Positions 27,122-39,412 of a stretch of 64,000 nt of DNA are shown here, piece by piece. The translations under genes and the position numbers were made by a program. Each line of letters starts with the position of its first letter. Positions within the stretch are counted from its first letter, which is position 1. The notes below the pieces were generated by a model, which was not told where the DNA came from, made no database searches, and was given only the letters and a program-made list of their open reading frames with translations. The DNA comes from Eledone cirrhosa. Lineage: Eukaryota. The stretch is taken from assembly GCA_964016885.1 (NCBI GenBank), contig OZ024759.1, forward strand, positions 7,192,001 to 7,256,000. Direction: 5' to 3'.

Positions 27122-27193
27122 GCTACAGTATGCCCAAAGTCAACTGGAAAAACTGACCAAAATAAATGTGTTTAATGCCACCTTCCATATATG
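27110..27193 (+). CDS. BECN1: Beclin-1 exon C (end of coiled coil, start of BARA), 84 nt, phase 2/2
   Basis: ccacAG at 27108-27109 (last unit of the 51-bp array), GTaagt at 27194. (S)[27 protein letters not shown](W) aligns without gaps to human [29 protein letters not shown]. Confidence 0.95.
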
Positions 27194-27349
27194 GTAAGTG
27201 AAGATTTTATTGTTGTTGAGCTTGTTGCTGTTTATCATCATCAGTTTACATCAGTTGGCCCTGTTGGTATGGGTTAGACGGGTCCTTACACTGCCAGCCA
27301 GCTTGTGGACATTCCAACAATGTCAAAAAATAGTACAGCTCCCATTACT

Positions 27350-28350
27350 TTCGAAAACATTTTTTCCTGCTCAGAGTTTCTGAAGCATGGAACAAACTAC
27401 CAGCATCAGTTGTTAGCTGTTGAGACACTGTATCCTTTAAAACCTCCATGGAACAAACTACCAGCATCAGTTGTTAGCTGTTGAGACACTGTATCCTTTA
27501 AAACCTCCATGGAACAAACTACCAGCATCAGTTGTTAGCTGTTGAGACACTGTATCCTTTAAAACCTCCATGGAACAAACTACCAGCATCAGTTGTTAGC
27601 TGTTGAGACACTGTATCCTTTAAAACCTCCATGGAACAAACTACCAGCATCAGTTGTTAGCTGTTGAGACATTGTACCCTTTAAAACCTCCATGGAACAA
27701 ACTACCAGCATCAATTGTTAGCTGTTGAGACACTGTATCCTTTAAAACCTCCATGGAACAAACTACCAGCATCAGTTGTTAGCTGTTGAGACACTGTATC
27801 CTTTAAAACCTCCATGGAACAAACTACCTGCATCAGTTGTTAGCTGTTGAGACATTGCATCCTTTAAAACCTCCATGGAACAAACTACCAGCATCAGTTG
27901 TTAGCTGTTGAGATACTGCATCCTTTAAAACCTCCATGGAACAAACTACCAGCATCAGTTGTTAGCTGTTGAGATACTGCATCCTTTAAAACCTCCATGG
28001 AACAAACTACCAGCATCAGTTGTTAGCTGTTGAGACACTGCACCCTTTAAAACCTCCATGGAACAAACTACCAGCATCAGTTGTTAGCTGTTGAGATACT
28101 GCATCCTTTAAAACCTCCATGGAACAAACTACCAGCATCAGTTGTTAGCTGTTGAGACACTGTATCCTTTAAAACCTCCATGGAACAAACTACCAGCATC
28201 AGTTATTAGCTGTCGAGACATTGCATCCTTTAAAACCTCCATGGAACAAACTACCTGCATCAGTTGTTAGATGTCGAGACACTGCATCCTTTAAAACCTC
28301 CATGCTTCCCAACGCCAACACTACACCTGATATTCTCCCTCCATACATAT
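27350..28350 (+). repeat. 61-bp minisatellite (~15 units, 27387-28303) inside a CR1-like LINE 3' remnant
   Basis: Unit catggaacaaactaccagcatcagttgttagctgttgagacactgtatcctttaaaacctc translates to WNKLPASVV..FK, like the C-terminus of CR1/L2-group ORF2; flanks match 55020-55465. Confidence 0.85.
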
Positions 28351-28388
28351 GTTTTTATATACTCCTGTCTCTCTCTCTCTCTCTAACA

Positions 28389-31020
28389 TTGTGACGGCTA
28401 TGATGGAATCCATGGAGGCTATGGGTTTGGTACTAGAAATGAGGAAGGCTTCAGAATCCTGGAATTCTGTGACGCTAATAACCTAACTATCTGTAATACA
28501 AACTTCAAATAACAAGACCATCCCTTGATCACCTATAGATAGATTATATCCTTACCAGTCAGATAGATTATATCCTTACCAGAAGACGTGACAAAGTGTC
28601 TGTTGTAAACACTAAGTCCCTCCCCAGTGAAGAATGCACCTCCCAACATAGCCTCATAGTTAGTGACCTCATAATCAGGACTAGACGTACTCGACGGCAG
28701 AGGTGGACTACTTTGAGGAGAAGAATATGGAAGTTGAAGGACCCCACAGCCAGTAATAAATTTAAAAGCATATGACTTGATGCTTTTGACAGTAAGGAAA
28801 ACTGTGATATTGTCGGGGAGAAGTGTGCCTGTAATGATGATGGTGTACTTGCTATTACTGATGCTGATAAGAAGGTAGCTTGGAAGTGTCACTACGAGAG
28901 GCTACTAAATGAGGAGAATAAATGGGAAAAAGATAGTCTGCCCCAAATCGATCCAATAGAGGGACGAGCAGTGCAAGTTAAAGGTAGTATAATAAGTAAG
29001 ACAATCAAAGATATGAAGACGGGCAAGGCAGCTGGGCCTTCGAAGATAGTTGCTGAGATGTTGAAAGCATCTGGAATGGTGGGACATACTATGGTCACCT
29101 GGATAGTACAAAAAGTAATACAGAATGGGGTCATACCTGGCGTAGCAGCATCATCATTAACTGCTACAAGGGTAAAGGAGATACTCTAGATAGAGGAAAC
29201 TATGGAGGCATTAAGTTAGTTGACCAGGTCATGAAGGTCACAGAAAGAATTAGAGCACAACTAATCAGAGATCGAATTGATCTAGATGAAATGCAGTTTG
29301 GGTTTGTGTCAGGTAAAATTACCACAGATGCTCTTTTCCTTGTACGACAAAACTACAAGAGAAGTACCTAGCTAAAAGTTAACCCCTCTACTTAGCTTTT
29401 GTTGACTTGGAGAAAGCCTTTGACAGAGTCCCCCGCTCCATTATCTGGTGGGCTCTTAGAAAACTAGGTGTAGATGTATGGCTTGTGAGAGCTATACAAG
29501 CTATGTATAAAGAAACAGTCAGCAAGGTTAGAATTAACAACGAATATAGTGAAGAATTTAGTGTAAAAGCTGGTCTGTCTTTAGCCCCCTCCTATTTATT
29601 ATTTCTTTTCAGGCTATAACAGAGGAGTTCAAGACCGGCTGCCCATAGGAACTTCTATATGCAGATGATCTAACGCTCATAGCTAAATCAATGGCTGTAC
29701 TAGAGAAGAAATTCCAAACATGGAAGCATGGTCTAGAATCAAAAGGCCTTAAAGTTAACTTGTCTAAGACTAAAGTTCTAGTATGTAGAAAGGAAAATAG
29801 GGCACAAGAGTCCTCTGGGAAATGGCCATGCTCAGTGTGTAAGAAAGGAGTAGGTAGAAATTCCATTTTATGTCCCAAGTGCAAACTATGGGTACATAAA
29901 AGATGTAGTGGGATCACAGGTAAGCTATTTAAGAGCATAGATTTTATATGTAGCCGATGCTCAGGTGCAATAAGTAGCAAGTGCCCACAGGATACTAGCT
30001 CCTTCTATTGCCCAGATGGTTCTATAGAAATAGTGGACACTTTCCGTTATCTGGGGGACAAAATCAGCAGTGGTGGAGGATGTTCTGAAAGTACAGTAGC
30101 CAGAGTCAGAACGGGATGGAAAAAGTTCAGAGAGCTTATACCGCTGTTGGCCACAAAAGGTTTCTCTCTAAAAATGAAAGGCAGATTGTATGATCCCTGT
30201 ATACGAACAGCAATGCTATATGGCAGTGAGACATGGGCATTGTGTGCAGAGGACCTGCACAGACTGGAAAGGAACGAAGCTTGCATGCTCCGCTGGATGT
30301 GTAATAGTAATATACATGAACGGCAAAGCATAAATGAACTAAGTGAGAAATTAGGAATAAGATGGATCAGCTGCTGTTTACTTGAGAGAAGACTACGTTG
30401 GTATGGCCACATGATGCGGATGAAGGACGACAGCTGTATAAAAAAGTGCAGGGCGATCAAAATTGATGGAAGCTACGGAGTAGGTAGACCCAGAAAAACC
30501 TGGGATGATCTGATAAATTCCGACCTTACACACTTACACCTCTCTAAGACAATGTCACTGGACCGAGATCTTTGGTGTTACGCAGTAATACAGAAGACCT
30601 GCCTTGTCTATGTACAAAGTGAAACCTACAGTCAGTAGGCACCTCTTAACCAAATATACACCCCAATCCCACTACCCCTACCCTATCCTCCCACTCCCAC
30701 AAACACCACCCTCTCTCTGTAAAGTTGGTACCACAACATCCAGTCCAAATAAATGAGATAATGAGATCGAGATCGTGTAGGTGAAACGACAAACAAACAC
30801 AGTCCACGCTGTAATGTGGCCGTCTAGGTAACACGGTAAAAACCTCCCAGTTCACACTGTAAATGTGGTTGGTGTTAGGAAGGGCATCCAGCCGTAGAAA
30901 ACCTGCCAGACAGTCCTATATGAGCGAGACACGGTCACCCGACCAACCTTACCTCAAGTGGGACAACTCCCGTCTAACCCATGCTAGCGTGGGAGATAGA
31001 CGTTAAACGATGATGATGAT
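28389..31020 (+). mobile_element. RTE-clade LINE, 5'-truncated and internally deleted, with RT, Cys/His finger, 3' UTR and (GAT)n
   Basis: MKTGKAAGPS, QFGF, AFVDLEKAFDRVPR, LLYADDL, FRYLG, RRLRWYGH, GRPRKTW; several frameshifts and stops. Confidence 0.95.
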
Positions 31021-31315
31021 ATATGTATGGTGGTTTGGTTCCACTACTCCTGATAAAGTTGTTGGGGCGTAGTATTGACATGTGGCATTTCTTAGGCATT
31101 TAAAGCCTGGCAGAGCCTATCTCTCTCCAGGCCGGAGTACAGCAGATTTCTTCCAGAGAGAGGAAGAATCAACCCAGTACTTGACTGGTACTTTTTTTTA
31201 TCAACCTCAAAAGGATGAAACGCAGATTTGACCTCGGCAAGATTTGAACTCAGAGAGCTGCAATGAATATTATAAAGCATTCTATCCAATGTTCTAACGA
31301 CTCTGTCAATGAAAA

Positions 31316-31535
31316 TTGTGTACAGTGCTCAGGTGCATTACAACTCATCAAAGGTGCATGTATAGTACATAGAATAATGTACAAATGTCAGGAAAGTGAA
31401 TAGTGTATGAGTCATGATATACACACAGACACATGTGTATGGAGGGGGAATATCTGGTGTAGTGTTGACGAATTTCGGGAAGCATAGAAGTTTTAAAGGA
31501 TGCAGTGTCCCAATAGTTAACAACTGATGCTGGTA
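31316..31535 (-). mobile_element. CR1-like LINE 3' end, unamplified copy
   Basis: Reverse complement of 55370-55590. Confidence 0.75.
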
Positions 31536-31624
31536 TGTACTTATAGAAGAGGTCCTTTAGTCATCTCTTACAACAGTCATACAGAAATATATGAACTAAA
31601 CTCTCTCTCCTCTTTCTTCCACAG

Positions 31625-31685
31625 GCACAACGGACAGTTTGTTACAATAAACAACTTCAGATTAGGCCGGCTTCCAAGTGCCCAG
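31625..31685 (+). CDS. BECN1: Beclin-1 exon D, 61 nt, phase 2/0
   Basis: Long pyrimidine tract then acAG at 31623-31624, GTaagt at 31686. (W)HNGQFVTINNFRLGRLPSAQ. Confidence 0.96.
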
Positions 31686-31899
31686 GTAAGTACAAAATAT
31701 ATTTATATATCATCATCATCATCATTTAATATCCATTTTTCCACACTGGCATGGGTTAGACGAGTTGTCCTGTTGTGGGCAATGCTAGGTCAGGTGACCA
31801 TGTCTTCCTCATACATAACTATTTGGGGTTAGGTTTCTATAGCTGGATGCCCTTCCTAGCACCAACCTCATTTACAATATTGGGTGCTTTTTACCGTGG

Positions 31900-34800
31900 C
31901 GCCACTTTGCAGTGTGGACTGGGTGCTTTTTGTTGTGACACCTACATGACCACTTTACAGTGTGGACTGGGTGCCTTTTGTTGTGACACCTACATGACCA
32001 CTTTACAGTGTGGACTGGGTGCCTTTTGTTGTGACACCTACATGACCACTTTACAGTGGGGACTGGGGACTTTTGTTGTGACTCCTACATGACCACTTTA
32101 CAGTGTGGACTGGGTGCCTTTTGTTGTGACACCTACATGACCACTTTACAGTGTGGACTGGGTACTTTTTGTTGTGACACCTACATGACCACTTTACAGT
32201 GTGGACTGGGTGGTTTTTGTTGTGACACCTACATGACCACTTTACAGTGTGGACTGGGTGCTTTTTGTTGTGACACCTACATGACCACTTTACAGTGTGG
32301 ACTGGGTGCTTTTTGTTGTGACACCTACATGACCACTTTACAGTGTGGACTGGGTGCTTTTTGTTGTGACACCTACATGACCACTTTACAGTGTGGACTG
32401 GGTGCTTTTTGTTGTGACACCTACATGACCACTTTACAGTGTGGACTGGGTGCTTTTTGTTGACACCTACATGACCACTTTACAGTGTGGACTGTGTACT
32501 TTTTGTTGTGACTCCTACATGACCACTTTACAGTGTGGACTGGGTACTTTTTGTTGTGTGACCTACATGACCACTTTACAGTGTGGACTGGGTGCCTTTT
32601 GTTGTGACTCCTACATAACCACTTTACAGTGTGGACTGGGTGCTTTTAGTTGTGACACCTACATGACCACTTTACAGTGTGTACTGGGTACTTTTTGTCA
32701 TGAGACCTACACGACCCCTTTACAGTGAGGACTGGGTACTTTTTGACGTGAAACCTACATGACCACTTTACAGTGTGGACTGGGTGCTTTTTGTTGTGAC
32801 ACCTACATGACCACTTTACAGTGTGGACTGGGTGCCTTTTGTTGTGACTCCTACATGACCACTTTACAGTGTGGACTGGGTACTTTTTGTTGTGACACCT
32901 ACATGACCACTTTACAGTGTGTACTGGGTACTTTTTGTTGTGACACCTACATGACCACGTTACAGTGTGGACTGGGTACTTTTTGTTGTGACACCTACAT
33001 GACCACTTTACAGTGTGGACTGGGTACTTTTTGTTGTGACACCTACATGACCACTTTACAGTGTGGACTGGGTGCCTTTTGTTGTGACACCTACATGACC
33101 ACTTTACAGTGTGGACTGGGTACTTTTTGTTGTGACACCTACATGACCACTTTACAGTGTGGACTGGGTGCTTTTTGTTGTGACACCTACATGACCACTT
33201 TACAGTGTGGACTAGCTGCTTTTTGTTGACACCTACATGACCACCTTACAGTGTGGACTGGGTACTTTTTGTTGTGACACCTACATGACCACTTTACAGT
33301 GTGGACTGGGTGCTTTTTGTTGTGACACCTACATGAACACTTTACAGTGTGGACTGGGTGGTTTTTCTTGTGACACCTACATGACCACTTTACAGTGGGT
33401 ACTGGGTGCTTTTTGTTGTGACACCTACATGAACACTTTACAGTGTGGACTGGGTGCTTTTTGTTGTGACACCTACATGACCACCTTACAGTGTGGACTG
33501 GGTACTTTTTGTTGTGACACCTACATGACCACTTTACAATGTGGACTGGGTGCTTTTTGTTGTGACACCTACATGAACACTTTACAGTGTGGACTGGGTG
33601 CTTTTTGTTGTGACACCTACATGACCACTTTACAGTGTGGACTGTACTTTTTGTTGTGACACCTACATGACCACTTTACAGTGTGGACTGGGTACTTTTT
33701 GTTGTGACTCCTACATGACCACTTTACAGTGTGGACTGGGTACTTTTTGTTGTGACACCTACATGACCACTTTACAGTGTGGACTGGGTGCCTTTTGTTG
33801 TGACTCCTACATAACCACTTTACAGTGTGTACTGGGTACTTTTTGTTGTGATTCCTACATGACCACTTTACAGTGGGGACTGGGTACTTTTTGTTGTGAC
33901 TCCTACATGACCACTTTACAGTGTGGACTGGGGACTTTTTGTTGTGATTCCTACATGACCACTTTACAGTGGAGACTGGGAACTTTTTGTTGTGACTCCT
34001 ACATGACCACTTTACAGTGTGGACTTTGTACTTTTTGTTGTGACACCTACATGACCACTTTACAGTGTGGACTGGGTACTTTTTGTTGTGACACCTACAT
34101 GACCACTTTACAGTGTGGACTGGGCGATTTTTGTCATGACACCTACATGACCACTTTACAGTGTGGACTGGGTGCCTTTTGTTGTGACTCCTACATGACC
34201 ACTTAACAGTGTGGACTGGGTACTTTTTGTTGTGACACCTACATGACCACTTTACAGTGTGTACTGGGTACTTTTTGTTGTGACACCTACATGACCACTT
34301 TACAGTGTGGACTGGGTACTTTTTGTTGTGACACCTACACAACCACTTTACAGTGTGGACTGGGTACTTTTTGTTGTTACACATACATGACCACTTTACA
34401 GTGTGGACTGGGTACTTTTTGTTGACACCTACATGACCACTTTACAGTGTGGACTGTGTGCCTTTTGTTGTGACACCTACATGACCACTTTACAGTGTGG
34501 ACTGGGTGCCTTTTGTTGTGACTCCGACATGACCACTTTACAGTGTGGACTGGGTGCTTTTTGTTGTGAGACCTACATGACCACATTACAGTGTGGATTG
34601 GGTGCCTTTTGTTGTGACACCTACTAGACCACTTTACAGTGTGGACTGGGTGCTTTTTGTCGTGACACCTACATGACCACTTTACAATAAGTACTGGGTG
34701 GTTTTTGTTGTGACACCTACATGATCACTTTACAGTGTGGACTGGGTACTTTTTGTTGTGACACCTACATGACCACTTTACAGTGTGGACTGGGTGCTTC

Positions 34801-35727
34801 TTATTGTGACACCTACATGACCACTTTACGGTGTGTACTGGGTACTTTTTGTTGTGACACCTACATGACCACTTTACAGTGTGGACTGGGTACTTTTTGT
34901 TGTGTGACCTACATGACCACTTTACAGTGTGGACTGGGTGCTTCTTATTGTGACACCTACATGACCACTTTACGGTGTGTACTGGGTGCTTTTTGTTGTG
35001 TCACCTACATGACCACTTGACAGTGTGGACTGGGTACTTTTTGTTGTGTGACCTACATGACCACTTTACATTGTGGACTGGGTACTTTTTGTTGTGACAC
35101 CTACATGACCACTTTACAGTGTAGACTGGGTACTTTTTGTTGTGACACCTACATGACCACTTTACAGTGTGGACTGGGTGCTTTTTGTTGTGAGACCTAC
35201 ATGACCACTTTACAGTGTGGACTGGGTGCTTTTTGTTGTGAGACCTACATGACCACTCTACAGTGTGGACTGGGTGCCTTTTGTCATGACACCTACATGA
35301 CCACTTTACAGTGTGGACTGGGTGCTTTTTGTCGTGACACCTACATGACCACTTTACAATAAGTACTGGGTGGTTTTTGTTGTGACACCTACATGATCAC
35401 TTTACAGTGTGGACTGGGTACTTTTTGTTGTGATTGCTACATGACCACTTTACAGTGTGGACTGGGTACTTTTTATTGTGTCACCTACATGACCACTTTA
35501 CAGTGTGGACTGGGTACTTTAGGTTGTGACACCTACATGACCACTTTACAGTGTGGACTGGGTACTTTTTGTTGTGACTCCTACATGACCACTTTACAGT
35601 GTGGGCTGGGTACTTTTTGTTGTGACTCCTACATGACCACTTTACAGTGTGGACTGTGTGCCTTTTGTTGTGACACCTACATGACCACTTTACAGTGTGG
35701 ACTGGGTACTTTTTGTTGTGTGACCTA
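31900..35727. repeat. 48-bp satellite (ccactttacagtgtggactgggtgctttttgttgtgacacctacatga), about 80 units
   Basis: Seen directly; continues from a minus-strand SINE/RTE tail at 31710-31910. Confidence 0.97.
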
Positions 35728-35942
35728 CCATTATATAACTATCTTATCTTCCACTTACTATATATATATCAATGTATGCTCTCCCCCCCAACTCCCTCTC
35801 TCTCACCCCATCATCATCATTTCCGTTTAGCGTCAATTCTTCCATGCTAGCATGGGTTAGATGGGTCGTCCATGCTGGGAGCCAAATCTAGCTATTGCAT
35901 ACTTTGCTCTGGCAAGGACTGTTTGGCCAGGTATTTTACAGC

Positions 35943-38900
35943 TGGATGCCCCCTAAAACCAACTACACTCTGCTACTTTACCAATGTCTCTGCCCAACTC
36001 TCTCTAGGATGCCCCCCTAACACCAACTACACTCTGCTACTTTACCAATGTCTCTGCCCAACTCTCTAGGATGCCCCCTAATACCAACTACACTCTGCTA
36101 CTTTACCAATGTCTCTGCCCAACTCTCTAGGATGCCCCCCTAATACCAACTACACTCTGATACTTTACCAATGTCTCTACCCAACTCTCTAAGGTGCCCC
36201 CCTAACACCAACTACACTCTGCTACTTTACCAATGTCTCTGCCCAACTCTCTCTAGGGTGCCCCACTCTCTCTAGGATGCCCCCCTAATACCAACTACAC
36301 TCTGATACTTTACCAATGTCTCTACCCAACTCTCTAGGGTGTCCCCCTAATACCAACTACACTCTGAGACTTTACCAATGTCTCTACCCAACTCTCTAGG
36401 ATGCCCCCCTAACACCAACTACACTCTGCTACTTTACCAATGTCTCTACCCAACTCTCTCTAGGAAGCCCCCCTAACACCAACTACACTCTGCTACTTTA
36501 CCAATGTCTCTACCCAACTCTCTCTAGGATGCCCCCCCCCCCTAACACCAACTACACTCTGATACTTTACCAATGTCTCTACCCAACTCTCTAGGGTGCC
36601 CCCCTAACACCAACTACACTCTGCTACTTTACCAATGTCTCTACCCAACTCTCTAAGGTGCCCCCCTAACACCAACTACACTCTGCTACTTTACCAATGT
36701 CTCTGCCCAACTCTCTAGGATGCCCCCCCCCCCCCCTAACACCAACTACACTCTGCTACTTTACCAATGTCTCTACCCAACTCTCTAGGGTGCCCCCCTA
36801 ACACCAACTACACTCTGCTACTTTACCAATGTCTCTACCCAACTCTCTAGGATGCCCCCCTAACACCAACTACACTCTGCTACTTTACCAATGTCTCTGC
36901 CCAACTCTCTAGGATGCCCCCCTAAAACCAACTACACTGTGCTATTTTACCAATGTCTCTACCCAACTCTCTAGGATGCCCCCCTAACACCAACTACACT
37001 GTGCTACTTTACCAATGTCTCTACCCAACTCTCTAGGATGCCCCCCTAACACCAACTACACTCTGCTACTTTACCAATGTCTCCACCCAACTCTCTCTAG
37101 GATGCCCCCCTAACACCAACTACACTCTGCTACTTTACCCATGTCTCTACCCAACTCTCTAGGATGCCCCCCTAACACCAACTACACTCTGCTACTTTAC
37201 CAATGTCTCTACCCAACTCTCTAGGATGCCCCCCCTAACACCAACTACACTGCTACTTTACCAATGTCTCCACCCAACTCTCTCTAGGATGCCCCCCCTA
37301 ACACCAACTACACTGCTACTTTACCAATGTCTCCACCCAACTCTCTCTAGGGTGCCCCCCTAACACCAACTACACTGTGCTACTTTACCAATGTCTCTGC
37401 CCAACTCTCTAGGGTGTCCCCCTAACACCAACTACACTGTGCTACTTTACCAATGTCTCTGCCCAACTCTCTAGGGTGCCCCCCTAACACCAACTACACT
37501 GCTACTTTACCAATGTCTCTACCCAACTCTCTAGGGTGCCCCCCTAACACCAACTACACTGTGCTACTTTACCAATGTCTCTACCCAACTCTCTAGGATG
37601 CCCCCCCCCTAACACCAACTACACTGTGACACTTTACCAATGTCTCTACCCAACTCTCTCTAGGATGCCCCCCCTAACACCAACTACACTGTGCTACTTT
37701 ACCAATGTCTCTACCCAACTCTCTAGGAAGCCCCCCTAACACCAACTACACTGCTACTTTACCAATGTCTCTACCCAACTCTCTCTAGGATGCCCCCCCT
37801 AACACCAACTACACTCCTACTTTACCAATGTCTCTACCCAACTCTCTAGGGTGCCCCCCTAACACCAACTACACTCCTACTTTACCAATGTCTCTACCCA
37901 ACTCTCTAGGGTGCCCCCCTAACACCAACTACACTGCTACTTTACCAATGTCTCTACCCAACTCTCTAGGATGCCCCCCCTAACACCAACTACACTGCTA
38001 CTTTACCAATGTCTCTACCCAACTCTCTAGGGTGCCCCCCTAACACCAACTACACTCTGCTACTTTACCAATGTCTCTACCCAACTCTCTAGGGTGCCCC
38101 CCTAACACCAACTACACTCTGCTACTTTACCAATGTCTCTACCCAACTCTCTAGGGTGCCCCCCTAACACCAACTACACTCTGCTACTTTACCAATGTCT
38201 CTACCCAACTCTCTAGGGTGCCCCCCTAACACCAACTACACTCTGCTACTTTACCAATGTCTCTACCCAACTCTCTAGGGTGCCCCCCTAACACCAACTA
38301 CACTCTGCTACTTTACCCATGTCTCTACCCAACTCTCTAGGGTGCCCCCCTAACACCAACTACACTGTGCTACTTTACCCATGTCTCTACCCAACTCTCT
38401 AGGGTGCCCCCCTAACACCAACTACACTCTGCTACTTTACCCATGTCTCTACCCAACTCTCTAGGGTGCCCCCCTAACACCAACTACACTGTGCTACTTT
38501 ACCCATGTCTCTACCCAACTCTCTAGGGTGCCCCCCTAACACCAACTACACTCTGCTACTTTACCAATGTCTCTACCCAACTCTCTAGGGTGCCCCCCTA
38601 ACACCAACTACACTCTGCTACTTTACCAATGTCTCTACCCAACTCTCTAGGGTGCCCCCCTAACACCAACTACACTCTGCTACTTTACCAATGTCTCTAC
38701 CCAACTCTCTAGGATGCCCCCCTAACACCAACTACACTCTGCTACTTTACCAATGTCTCTACCCAACTCTCTAGGGTGCCCCCCTAACACCAACTACACT
38801 CTGCTACTTTACCAATGTCTCTACCCAACTCTCTAGGGTGCCCCCCTAACACCAACTACACTCTGCTACTTTACCAATGTCTCTACCCAACTCTCTAGGG

Positions 38901-39268
38901 TGCCCCCCTAACACCAACTACACTCTGCTACTTTACCAATGTCTCTACCCAACTCTCTAGGGTGCCCCCCTAACACCAACTACACTCTGCTACTTTACCA
39001 ATGTCTCTACCCAACTCTCTAGGGTGCCCCCCTAACACCAACTACACTCTGCTACTTTACCCATGTCTCTACCCAACTCTCTAGGGTGCCCCCCTAACAC
39101 CAACTACACTCTGCTACTTTACCCATGTCTCTACCCAACTCTCTAGGGTGCCCCCCTAACACCAACTACACTCTGCTACTTTACCAATGTCTCTACCCAA
39201 CTCTCTAGGGTGCCCCCCTAACACCAACTACACTCTGCTACTTTACCCATGTCTCTACCCAACTCTAG
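35943..39268. repeat. ~62-bp satellite (ggtgccccccCTAACaccaactacactctgctactttaccaatgtctctacccaactctctAG), about 54 units, ending at the exon E acceptor
   Basis: Seen directly; begins inside a minus-strand SINE/RTE tail (tacagctggatgccc) at 35812-35960. Confidence 0.97.
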
Positions 39269-39357
39269 GTTGACTGGAATGAAATCAATGCAGCCTGGGG
39301 CCAGACAGTTCTCCTACTTCATGCTTTGGCTAAAAAAATGAATCTTAAATTTACGAA
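39269..39357 (+). CDS. BECN1: Beclin-1 exon E, 89 nt, phase 0/2
   Basis: ctctAG at 39267-39268 (last unit of the 62-bp array), GTaagt at 39358. [29 protein letters not shown](K), containing the [10 protein letters not shown] signature. Not in the ORF track. Confidence 0.97.
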
Positions 39358-39412
39358 GTAAGTCAAACTTTATATTTCATACATTTTGGGGGGTTTTGTT
39401 TTATTGTTTCTA

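Noticed and set aside
12647-27197. Giant ORFs of 3477, 3779, 2234, 1324 and 1004 aa
   Set aside because: The unit lacks stops in all three + frames and the same three peptides swap frames at indels; they lie in a Beclin-1 intron. Only the embedded exons are coding.
28389-31020. Host RT or craniofacial-development-protein-2-like genes in the RTE ORFs
   Set aside because: Multicopy, frameshifted, with (GAT)n tails: decayed LINEs.
31638-31652. FVTIN instead of the usual FGTIN in Beclin-1
   Set aside because: Single substitution at a position I recall varying in fungi; cannot judge significance without an alignment.
31775-35830. Cys-rich repeat ORFs (MTTLQCGLGAFCCDTY)
   Set aside because: 48-bp satellite translation, broken by indels and stops.
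14570-39268. Recursive (ratchet) splicing through the acceptor arrays
   Set aside because: Recursive sites need AG|GT; units read AG|TG and mostly AG|GG or AG|GA, so no donor is regenerated. Not excluded for non-canonical routes.
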